Below, in pieces: positions 16,304 to 24,329 of a stretch of 46,351 bases of DNA. Below the pieces are notes generated by a model, which worked only from the letters and a program-made list of their open reading frames with translations, ran no database searches and was not told the DNA's origin. The position numbers and the translations under genes were made by a program. Each line of letters starts with the position of its first letter. The stretch's first letter is position 1. This DNA comes from Dehalococcoidia bacterium (GTDB lineage Bacteria > Chloroflexota > Dehalococcoidia > GIF9 > AB-539-J10). The stretch lies in assembly GCA_030615965.1 (NCBI GenBank), contig JAUWYE010000001.1, positions 1-46,351 on the forward strand, given 5' to 3'.

Positions 16304-16955
16304 TAGGAGCCTCAGGTATTTCCATTATGGTTGATATCTTGGCTGCTAAAACCTCAAGAGGGCTAGATGTCATCAATTTCTCGACAGCCGTCTGTAGGGC
16401 AGATGCAAAGGATTCCACAGCCTTCCCAAGGATATCCTCAGATACGACCGAGGTATAACTAGCTCTAACCAAGTCGGCAAGCTGATTAATATCTACCTCA
16501 TGCCAGCCCATCTTCTTGAGCCCTGGAGGCATCGGAGACTGCACATAATCTAAACTAAGCTGTTCAAATTCAGCCTGAGCTACATAACTAACCAGTGCCT
16601 GGAACTTTGATTTTAGCAGCATTGACTCCACTTCCTTCATAGTCACAGTGAGGGTAGCAGGTTGCATCTTAGAGTATATGACGCCGATGCAGATCTCGCA
16701 TAGACCATCCTCAATCCTCTCTATACACTGCTTTTCCAGAATGGAATCAACCCCCGATGACACAAATTTACCTTCAATAATCACTTTCACCCCGTTTACC
16801 GTGAGGAGCACATCCGGCTTTTTCCCAACACCTTTCGCCTGTCTGTGAACAACGACTTCACCAAGAGCTTGTAACTCCCTGCGCCTTAGCAAGTGCGCCA
16901 AGACAACATTCAACGTGGTCTCAGTGATATCTACCGGCAGAAAATCCTTAATCAT
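16278..16955 (-). CDS. putative PD-(D/E)xK nuclease, first gene of the R-M-like operon
   Basis: It overlaps the methyltransferase start by 26 nt (16278-16303). Core KKPDVLLTVNGVKVIIEGKF, preceded by the acidic helix DITETTLNVVLAHLL. Confidence 0.5.
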   Translation of the reverse strand: MIKDFLPVDITETTLNVVLAHLLRRRELQALGEVVVHRQAKGVGKKPDVLLTVNGVKVIIEGKFVSSGVDSILEKQCIERIEDGLCEICIGVIYSKMQPATLTVTMKEVESMLLKSKFQALVSYVAQAEFEQLSLDYVQSPMPPGLKKMGWHEVDINQLADLVRASYTSVVSEDILGKAVESFASALQTAVEKLMTSSPLEVLAAKISTIMEIPEAPNEEPEKGE

Positions 16956-16975
16956 TCAGCCTATCCTTAGCAGTA

Positions 16976-17004
16976 ATTCTACACGGTATTAGTCTAATCA
17001 TCAA
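16976..17004 (-). promoter_or_regulatory. sigma70-like promoter for the R-M-like operon
   Basis: The minus strand reads TTGATG (16999-17004), 17-nt spacer, TAGAAT (16976-16981), about 20 nt upstream of the 16955 start. Confidence 0.35.
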
Positions 17005-17053
17005 TAAACGCACCACGGCTACAAAATCCTGATTTTTGTGTGAAAGAGCGCTA

Positions 17054-17082
17054 TTGACTGCGACCGCCAATTGACTTACTAT
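17054..17082 (+). promoter_or_regulatory. sigma70-like promoter for 17101..17364
   Basis: TTGACT (17054-17059), 17-nt spacer, TACTAT (17077-17082). Confidence 0.4.
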
Positions 17083-17100
17083 GGATATCATTAAGCGCTG

Positions 17101-17364
17101 ATGAAACCAACATTTTTGATTTGTTGTATTCTTGCTCTTGTTTTGGCCGGCTTATCGTGTGCCCCAGAGGCTACATTGGAAATTTCCGTAACTGAAGTAG
17201 ATAACGGAGTAATGATTCAGAATGTGGGTAATATTGATTGCCTTGTTTTTGTCAGTTCACTTGAGGGTGAGCAGCAATTTGAATTAACTGTCGGTGAAAG
17301 TGTAACAGTTACCAATATATCACAGCCTGTTGAGGTTTCAGCAGTTAGCTTGCGAGACGAATAG
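17101..17364 (+). CDS. small lipoprotein, unknown function
   Basis: Signal with lipobox MKPTFLICCILALVLAGLSC. The 87-aa beta-rich mature part has no recognisable family. Confidence 0.6.
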   Translation: MKPTFLICCILALVLAGLSCAPEATLEISVTEVDNGVMIQNVGNIDCLVFVSSLEGEQQFELTVGESVTVTNISQPVEVSAVSLRDE

Positions 17365-17499
17365 TTGCCTATAATACAATCCCCACAAGAGCCAACTCCC
17401 TTCTCAAAAGTTTTGATACAACTTGCATTATAGCCATATACTCACTGCACAAGATAGCACGGAGTTCAACAGACATCCGGCGTTATAGTCGAATCGCTT

Positions 17500-17529
17500 T
17501 TCAGTACCATCGGGTTTCTTTGCTATAAT
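17500..17529 (+). promoter_or_regulatory. candidate promoter of an orphan small RNA
   Basis: TTCAGT (17500-17505), 18-nt spacer, TATAAT (17524-17529). Confidence 0.35.
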
Positions 17530-17535
17530 GATAGA

Positions 17536-17747
17536 TGCTTGGAATTTGCCAGCAGTTTCAGGCAATTTAGCTCGCCGCCCGGGCCTGGCGAACAGGTGTC
17601 GCTGAGGCGACGGGATTTCGGCCCTGCTATATAGGGTTGCCTTCCATGCCAAAGCCTGGAAACGAAAGGTCGGCGGTATTCAAGGCAAGGCGAGGCAAGG
17701 CATGGGCTGGCACAAAGGCTCCGTTTTCACGACGGAGCTTTTGTTTT
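17536..17747 (+). ncRNA. candidate ~210-nt structured sRNA, class unknown
   Basis: It is bounded by a TATAAT promoter and an intrinsic terminator and has no credible ORF. Internal helices: GTCGC-TGAG-GCGAC (17598-17611), GGGCC...GGCCC (17581-17585 / 17621-17625), CCATGCC...GGCATGG (17644-17650 / 17699-17705). Confidence 0.3.
17718..17747 (+). terminator. intrinsic terminator
   Basis: 7-bp stem GCTCCGT / ACGGAGC (17718-17724 / 17732-17738), 7-nt loop, then TTTTGTTTT (17739-17747). Confidence 0.55.
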
Positions 17748-18065
17748 GGGCATAGCCGTTCAGAGAATATGGGCCTATTTCCTACAATAGGCGAAATGAG
17801 GCTCTCCTCCGATGTCAAGTTCATTGGGAGACAAAACCTACCACCTGAACTTTGAAGCTGGTATGATAGAATTGTATAAAATCGGATTGACACCAAAGGG
17901 CGGTTTGTGTGATTAACCGAAGTGCTGTTGCACATTCCTCGGTATTGTTAACTTCAGAAGCGTGTTTTTGTTTTAACGACGCACGTGCGATTCTATTCGT
18001 GAGCTGCCTTATAATGTCGATTAATCATCCTGTCTAGGTGCTGTTCGTCAGCAACATCTCAAGAG

Positions 18066-19328
18066 CTATCTGTGTTTAAGCATTTCGTCCAATTTCGTTT
18101 TGAAATCAGCATCTCTACGGAAATCGCTATAAATGGCTGATAACTGAAAATCTTCGCGGTGCATTTCACCATTCTTAATCGCATTGTTAGCGTGTTCATA
18201 AAACGCTTCCTTGTCATCTTCTAATGCTGCGATGACTGCTAATCTTCCATTGTTACGCATTGCGTTCTTTTTTAGTTTCTTTATTTCTTTGTTTAACTGC
18301 TCCTGCAATCCCAATATCTTTAACAATCGACAGAACAGACTGTCCAGATCATATCTTGTTTCCTCACTACCTGTTTCTATATTCTGCGAATACAAACATA
18401 GCCTTGTAGCAGATACAACCGCTCGTTGCAGAAGTTCTCTGTTAATGCAATCGACTAATACTGAGTCAGCATCTAATGAATCTTCCTTGAACCATTTACG
18501 CCAGCAATTCTGTGCAAGAACCATTCCACCGGCAAGAATTTCCCAATAAACCTGAAGAAAGTAATCCCAATCTACATCTAACCGTTCACCTAGCTTTACT
18601 TCCTCGACACCTGGTAATCCTCCAATGCTCCTAAGATAACGAGTATTCACTATTCCGTTATTATGTGCGAAGATATTCCTTCTCTGATATGCCTCGTTAA
18701 TCAAATCCCAACTTACGATCGTTCTTGCTGTGTTAACTTTCAATTCATTCTCAAAGAATAGGATTTGCTTAGCGAAGTTCTTGAAAAGCACCGTTTCGAC
18801 CTTTTGATCTGTTAGCATATGTATTGCTTCCTGTATACTGGTGCATTTTCTTAACTCTTCAAGAGACAATACCATGTCATCACTCAGAGCTTCAGGATAA
18901 CTCTCATAATAACAATGAAGAATGTCTGATAGCAGAAAATCAAAGGTAGCAATCATCAACATAAAGGAACTCTTCAAAAGCAAACCCCTATGTAGTTCAT
19001 CATCTAGAGCTACATTCACCCCGGCATAATCATAGTCTTTTACGACACCAATGATTCCGTCTACCGTGGATGATAATCTTTTTTCCTCTACGCTCACTTG
19101 TTCTGGGGGCTTCACATCTCTTTTGCCCGAAGTGGGCATATTAACCAATATAGACTGTATTCCCTCTTTGATTCGTTCTCCTGTCTTCTTAGCTGTCTCA
19201 TCACGTGCATCAGCTACTGGACCTATATTGGTCACGAAATACTTAATGCCATCCATAGTAATCCTGAAGTTCATCGATATTCTTCTGATGGCACTGAACT
19301 CTTTTTCTCTTGTTTCCTTACTAGCCAC
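18066..19328 (-). CDS. HEPN-domain protein (predicted RNase; RiboL-PSP/Abi-like HEPN)
   Basis: GTG start with a GAGGGA RBS. R-x4-H motif RNIFAH (R217..H222) inside ...WDLINEAYQRRNIFAHNNGIVNTRYL, preceded by long hydrophobic helices (LLLKSSFMLMIATFDFLLSDILHCYY). This is typical HEPN topology. The N- and C-terminal regions are unassigned. Confidence 0.55.
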   Translation of the reverse strand: MASKETREKEFSAIRRISMNFRITMDGIKYFVTNIGPVADARDETAKKTGERIKEGIQSILVNMPTSGKRDVKPPEQVSVEEKRLSSTVDGIIGVVKDYDYAGVNVALDDELHRGLLLKSSFMLMIATFDFLLSDILHCYYESYPEALSDDMVLSLEELRKCTSIQEAIHMLTDQKVETVLFKNFAKQILFFENELKVNTARTIVSWDLINEAYQRRNIFAHNNGIVNTRYLRSIGGLPGVEEVKLGERLDVDWDYFLQVYWEILAGGMVLAQNCWRKWFKEDSLDADSVLVDCINRELLQRAVVSATRLCLYSQNIETGSEETRYDLDSLFCRLLKILGLQEQLNKEIKKLKKNAMRNNGRLAVIAALEDDKEAFYEHANNAIKNGEMHREDFQLSAIYSDFRRDADFKTKLDEMLKHR

Positions 19329-19680
19329 CTTATTCCCTCATTATATGCATTCCATTGAATAACCGCTCTGTGACACTGTTTTATTGCATTTTACCACTAA
19401 CAATACTACGCTGACACATGTATGGAGTCTACGGCCAAACATGCAGAGCATGTTATGGCTACTTGGACTACACAGTTTAGCGCTTTGTTCAGTTGGCGAG
19501 CCTCGCCGCCTTCTTCCTTGCTACCAAAGAACCATCGGCGTAAAATGGAAAACAGTGGGGAAAAGTTCGAATCCTGTTATGGAAGGCATCCCTCAGTTAG
19601 GCGCAGGTGCCACCATTTAGTAAAATGTTATTGGTGGTTTGTTAGTCATCAAAGCTGCCAGCCAATAGGAGAATAGCGTT

Positions 19681-22600
19681 ATGAAAGCAGAATTTTCTAA
19701 AGGCGACAGGGTCATAATAAAAGCGTTTGGGAATAGAGTTGGCATAATTGACGGTGAACCTAGGGAAACAAAGGGCAAATGGTTTTATCCTGTTTCTATC
19801 GACCCCAGCCAGCCAAGCCCTTATTATCCGCAAGATTCTCTCGAGAGATTTGTTGCGCCGAAATCAGTAGAACAACTGTTAAGAGATAAAGAATTTTCTG
19901 ATATTGAGGACTTCATTCAGGGATTGATTTACAAGAAACTTGAAAAACCTCTGTCTGATAATCTTTATACCTTTTATGCTTCCCGAACTGAATTTCTAGT
20001 TCACCAGTTTAAGCCTGTCCTCAAATTTCTCAATTCCTCTAAGCAGAGACTTCTATTGGCAGATGAAGTGGGATTAGGGAAGACAATAGAGGCTGGGATT
20101 ATTATTACAGAAACATCCGCACGATTAGACGAATTGCCTAGAGTTCTGATTGTATGCCCTTCTATGTTAACCCAGAAATGGGAAGGGGAGATGCGGAAAA
20201 GGTTTAGCTTAGACTTCAATATTTTGAAAAGAGACGATTTTATGAAATTCCTACAGCGATATAGGGAATACGGAGAGGCGGAAAAACTGAAAGGCATTAT
20301 TCCTTTACAAACTATCAGGTCAAATAGAATGATAGAAAGCCTAAGAGATATAGCACCGCGCTTCGACATCGTTATCGTTGATGAAGCACATTATATGAGA
20401 AATCCTGAAACTTTAAGTAGCGAACTAGGAGAGGTCTTGTCAGAACTGTCTGACGCAATGCTTTTTCTTACTGCAACACCTCTACAATTAGGAACCCCGG
20501 ATCTCTTTAATCTTCTTAGTTTGTTAGTCCCCGAGGAATTCTCTGATTTTGCTTTGTTTTACAACTTGATCGAGCCAAATGAATATATCAATAATGCGTT
20601 GCGAAGATTATATGACCCGAGCGCTGCCTTTAAGCTACTAAAAAGGGTCGAAGATTCGTCCCAGAAAGAGCGTTTTCTGAAAAACCCCTTTTATCGCGAA
20701 GCAATCGAACTACTTAGTGGTAATACCAAGCTAACCCGAGAGCAAGCACTTCGACTACAGAAGCTACTGATAGAATTGAATTGCTTGTCCTATGTTTTTA
20801 CCAGAACAAAAAAGAGGGATGTTGATACTGAATTTCCTATAAGGGAAGCAAGGGTAATTCGCGTTGAATTTACGCCAGACGAGATGGATTTCTACAATGC
20901 TGTCACTGACTTTGTAGCCGAACGTTTTACAGCACGATATGGCTCCTCGCAAGGAATTTCTTTCGCAGTCATAATGCCTCAAAGACAGGTCGCAAGCTGT
21001 ATTCAGGGTATGAGGGAGAGACTTGATGACATAATCAAGAAAAGGGTGGTTAAAGCTCCCTCCGGAGATAACGGGGATATAATCGATTCTTCAGTGGATA
21101 TTGACTCACCTTGGAGGTTAGAGGATGGAGAAGTTTCAGCTCTTCAAAAGCTCAAGGGATGTGCCGGCAGAGTAGGTGAGATTGACACGAAATTTGATAA
21201 ATTTCTAGAGGCGTTGCGCAAACTCGAAAAGGAGAACCGGGGGCCAAAGATAGAATCAAAGATAATAGTGTTTGCATTCTTCAAAAAGACGTTGGAATAC
21301 TTGAGAAAGCGTTTGGAAGCTACGGAGTACCGAGGTAAAGTAGCTTTGATCCACGGCGATATTCCTATCAAAGACAGACTAAAGATTATTAAAAGGTTCC
21401 GTCAACCAAACGAAATAAAAATTTTACTATCTTCTGAAGTAGGCGGTGAAGGTTTAGATTTTGAATTTTGCAATGCAATCTTCAACTATGATTTACCTTG
21501 GAACCCTATGAGAGTAGAACAACGGATTGGTAGGCTTGACCGTTACGGGCAACGCCATGAGAAAATCCTTATTTATAATTTCTCCATGGTTGGAACAATA
21601 GATGATGAAATTCTAAATCGTTTGTACGCTAGAATAAATGTATTTGAAAGGTTCATTGGAGACTTAGACGCTATTTTAGGAGACCAGATAGCAGAGTTGA
21701 CAAAGGACATATTTAATACAAAGCTGACTCGTGAGCAGAAGATTCAAAAGATTGAAAAAGTTGCTGAGAACATAGAAAGGAGGCAGAAGGAGTTAGAAGA
21801 GTTTGAGATAGAATGTCAAAAATTTATCGGTCAAGATGAGTATTTCAATCGAGAGGTTACAAGAATTTTAGAAACAAAGCGTTTCATAACTTCGGACGAG
21901 GTTTTGTTTCTCCTCAGGACTTTCGTCAAGAGAAATTATCCAAAGACTACGCTACTTCCTCCGAAGAGCGGTAGAGCTAATGTCTATGTTCTCAAACCGG
22001 GCGAGGATTTTCGCAGATTCGTTAGATTGCACTCTTCCTCAGCTGAGAACATAAGAGAACTAGAAAGAAAACTATCTTCTGATGGGGGAGTCTTAGTGAC
22101 TCTTAATGATCAGGAAGCCTGTAGAGATGAATCCCTAGAATTCATTACCATCCATCACCCAATAACGAAGGCGATAAAACGATATTATGACGAAAATAAA
22201 CAAAAGATCTATAATACTGCACGATTCCGCTTAAGAGGAAACAGTGACTATCAAGGGAAATTCCTCTTTTTCATATATTTGCTAGAAAAAACTGCATTAA
22301 GGAAAGACTTTATCTTGATACCGACTCTCGTTAATTTAGAGAATAGTAAAGTCCACATAGTAGATGAACTTTGTGATTGGTTCTTGGGTGAGATTGTAAA
22401 GGCAGAGCCCATTGATAAAAATCTTGCGGCTTACGATGATAACCACTTCGAAGCAGCCTCCAAAGAAGCAAGGGAATATCTGGAAATCATCAGGGAGGAA
22501 GAAGAACAAAAGCTGAGACGAACCAATGACACACTGGTAAATAACCAAATTGAAAGTGTTAAGCAGGCGGCGGCAATTAAAATAAGGAAAGCGAAGGAAA

Positions 22601-22785
22601 CCATCGCAAAGCTCCTAAACCAAGGCAAATCTGAGGATGAACCTATTGTAAGACTTCACAAAGGAAGGATTCGAAACTTTGAAATTTCCATGGAAGAGAG
22701 AATAAAGAGCCTAGAACAGAAGCGGGCCGTTTCGGTAGGCTTTAATCTTATTGCTGGAGGCGTAGTGGAAATTGAGAGAGCGTAA
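19681..22785 (+). CDS. SNF2/Swi2-family ATPase with RapA-like architecture
   Basis: N-terminal Tudor/SH3-like FSKGDRVIIKAFGNRVGIIDGEPRETKGKWFYPVSI. Motif I LLADEVGLGKTIEAG, motif II IVIVDEAHYMRN, motif III LFLTATPLQ, motif V LLSSEVGGEGLDF, motif VI NPMRVEQRIGRLDRYGQ. The C-terminal region of about 330 aa is unassigned. Confidence 0.9.
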   Translation: MKAEFSKGDRVIIKAFGNRVGIIDGEPRETKGKWFYPVSIDPSQPSPYYPQDSLERFVAPKSVEQLLRDKEFSDIEDFIQGLIYKKLEKPLSDNLYTFYASRTEFLVHQFKPVLKFLNSSKQRLLLADEVGLGKTIEAGIIITETSARLDELPRVLIVCPSMLTQKWEGEMRKRFSLDFNILKRDDFMKFLQRYREYGEAEKLKGIIPLQTIRSNRMIESLRDIAPRFDIVIVDEAHYMRNPETLSSELGEVLSELSDAMLFLTATPLQLGTPDLFNLLSLLVPEEFSDFALFYNLIEPNEYINNALRRLYDPSAAFKLLKRVEDSSQKERFLKNPFYREAIELLSGNTKLTREQALRLQKLLIELNCLSYVFTRTKKRDVDTEFPIREARVIRVEFTPDEMDFYNAVTDFVAERFTARYGSSQGISFAVIMPQRQVASCIQGMRERLDDIIKKRVVKAPSGDNGDIIDSSVDIDSPWRLEDGEVSALQKLKGCAGRVGEIDTKFDKFLEALRKLEKENRGPKIESKIIVFAFFKKTLEYLRKRLEATEYRGKVALIHGDIPIKDRLKIIKRFRQPNEIKILLSSEVGGEGLDFEFCNAIFNYDLPWNPMRVEQRIGRLDRYGQRHEKILIYNFSMVGTIDDEILNRLYARINVFERFIGDLDAILGDQIAELTKDIFNTKLTREQKIQKIEKVAENIERRQKELEEFEIECQKFIGQDEYFNREVTRILETKRFITSDEVLFLLRTFVKRNYPKTTLLPPKSGRANVYVLKPGEDFRRFVRLHSSSAENIRELERKLSSDGGVLVTLNDQEACRDESLEFITIHHPITKAIKRYYDENKQKIYNTARFRLRGNSDYQGKFLFFIYLLEKTALRKDFILIPTLVNLENSKVHIVDELCDWFLGEIVKAEPIDKNLAAYDDNHFEAASKEAREYLEIIREEEEQKLRRTNDTLVNNQIESVKQAAAIKIRKAKETIAKLLNQGKSEDEPIVRLHKGRIRNFEISMEERIKSLEQKRAVSVGFNLIAGGVVEIERA

Positions 22786-23557
22786 ATTGAGTATGAGTGA
22801 GAAACCTCTCAAGCAAAACACTTTCTCCCTTGTGCTTGCCCTTCTGCATGTCTAACACATTGTTTGCAGTCTGTTAGCTCACCTAAATGCTCCACCGCTC
22901 GCAAAACCTGGGAAATGATAGCCACGGACTTTTTGTGCGTGTCACCCCTCTTTTAGGCCGCACATCGGCAAAAGTCCCGATTTTCCCCTGTTCAAGGAGG
23001 AACTCTTTTTCAAGGGTTAATGGATACGAAATACCCGAACTCAGCTAAATGAAGTTCAATGAAGGTACAACAAGTGACCCACTTCTGGATGGGGATTGAA
23101 CAATTGGGCGTATTGTTAAACCTTGGCGCATTGACAGCCGCTTGTCGCCTATTCAAGTGTTTTGCTAGCTATGGAAAATGTGCTAATATAGGTTAGGGAA
23201 CGATAGCCATGGCAATAAGGGGATGCCCGATTCATTTCCAAGGTCGCTGTAGGCACTGCCCCCTTCCATTCGATGCACGGGTAGAGAAATGCAAGTGGTA
23301 TAGAGAGCTCAGAAAGAGGTTCACAGCTCTTAAGCCACAGGGCTGGCGATCTGAGTTCTTTCACCTTCCATCCTAAAGTCAACACGGCCTGTCTGATTGG
23401 CCACTACCCTTGCACTTTTTAGTGAAGTGTTCAGCGTTGATGGGGAGTTTGGAATGATATTCTGTTGTGGGGCTCGTAGATTGCCCTCACTGCGACGCGC
23501 ATGCTATATTTGTCACACAAAGTGATGAGCAAAACAAGAGCCAGGGCTAGTCGTGCC

Positions 23558-23629
23558 AAATTCTACATTGACGAATGCGTTCCTGATTGGGTAATGGTTC
23601 ACTTATGGGGGCGAGGGCCGTTATCGTAG
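23558..23629 (+). pseudogene. remnant resembling the N-terminus of a DUF5615-type (PIN-like) toxin gene
   Basis: The frame reads (ARASRA)KFYIDECVPDWVMVHLWGRGPLS*. It has no start codon and stops after about 24 codons. The K-F-x-x-D-E-x-x-P opening is recalled from DUF5615 proteins. Confidence 0.25.
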
Positions 23630-23721
23630 ATGTTACAGTTCCACCCAAAATAACGGATTAGGCGAACCCAGAGTTCGTTTATTTGGCTGTTATACGACAG
23701 TAAACGATAAGGGAGTGTACT

Positions 23722-24144
23722 ATGACCGATACAGATCCTGGGCAGGCATTTATAGCTGAGCTAGACAGTGAGATTCGACGGGAGTGGCATTGGGAGAACT
23801 TTAACAGAGGATTTTATGTAGCCACCAATTGGATGATATGGTTTGCACGTTTTCTACTTCTCGCCCTAGCCGCTTACCAAATTAACATAGGCAAGGATGC
23901 TTTATCTCAGTCTTGGATTATTTTCAGTATAGCAGCTCTGGCCATGCTAAATGTTGCCTTGCCGCTATTATCTTTGACACTAAAGTTTCAACAACGCCAA
24001 GAAGTACACGATCGCAATGCCCGAGAATATAGTATAATTAAGACAGAATTATTGGCTGGTACCATTTCACTTAATACAGCCATAGAACGGTTTAAAGAAA
24101 TTTGCAGACAGCCGACAGAGGCTACAATTCGTCGAACTCCATAA
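23722..24144 (+). CDS. small 2TM membrane protein, SLATT-like topology
   Basis: RBS AAGGGAG. Two TM helices (FYVATNWMIWFARFLLLALAAYQI; SWIIFSIAALAMLNVALPLLSLTL), then a charged helical tail KFQQRQEVHDRNAREYSIIKTELL. Confidence 0.5.
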   Translation: MTDTDPGQAFIAELDSEIRREWHWENFNRGFYVATNWMIWFARFLLLALAAYQINIGKDALSQSWIIFSIAALAMLNVALPLLSLTLKFQQRQEVHDRNAREYSIIKTELLAGTISLNTAIERFKEICRQPTEATIRRTP

Positions 24145-24247
24145 TTGAAAGAGTATTTCCATGCTTAGTTTTCAAACAGTGATATGAGGATAAATACTCA
24201 GTTTGCCGTCGTATAACATGGTATATCTGGTTTGCTATCGCTCACCT

Positions 24248-24271
24248 AAATTTTTCCTAATGGAAAAATTT
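24248..24271. promoter_or_regulatory. perfect 10-4-10 palindrome (candidate operator) upstream of 24330
   Basis: AAATTTTTCC-TAAT-GGAAAAATTT at 24248-24271, followed by TATACT at 24275-24280. It lies about 60 nt before the ATG. Confidence 0.4.
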
Positions 24272-24329
24272 CAGATATACTAGGAACGTTAAATGAAATG
24301 CCAGAGCCCACTTTCAGAGGTGATATGTA

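Noticed and set aside
17428-17935. Minus-strand ORFs of 74 and 102 aa, and the + ORF 17637..17855
   Set aside because: They have no RBS and implausible sequences. The region is better explained by a promoter-terminator-bounded RNA and decayed DNA.
19565-19574. GTTCGAATCC, a tRNA T-loop-like word in the HEPN/SNF2 intergenic region
   Set aside because: The flanking bases cannot form a T-stem, and no acceptor or anticodon arms are present. A similar GGTTCAAACTCC near 37775 also fails. I found no tRNA in the window.
13922-22785. A DISARM-like reading of the N6A methyltransferase plus the SNF2 ATPase
   Set aside because: The DrmA/DrmB (DUF1998 helicase pair) and DrmC (PLD) equivalents are absent. 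The two genes are on opposite strands, separated by 3.4 kb that contains unrelated genes.
23722-24144. The 2TM protein as part of a CBASS- or SMODS-type signalling system
   Set aside because: No nucleotidyltransferase or cyclase, SLOG, TIR or other signalling partner is encoded nearby. Only the SLATT-like topology is retained as a description.
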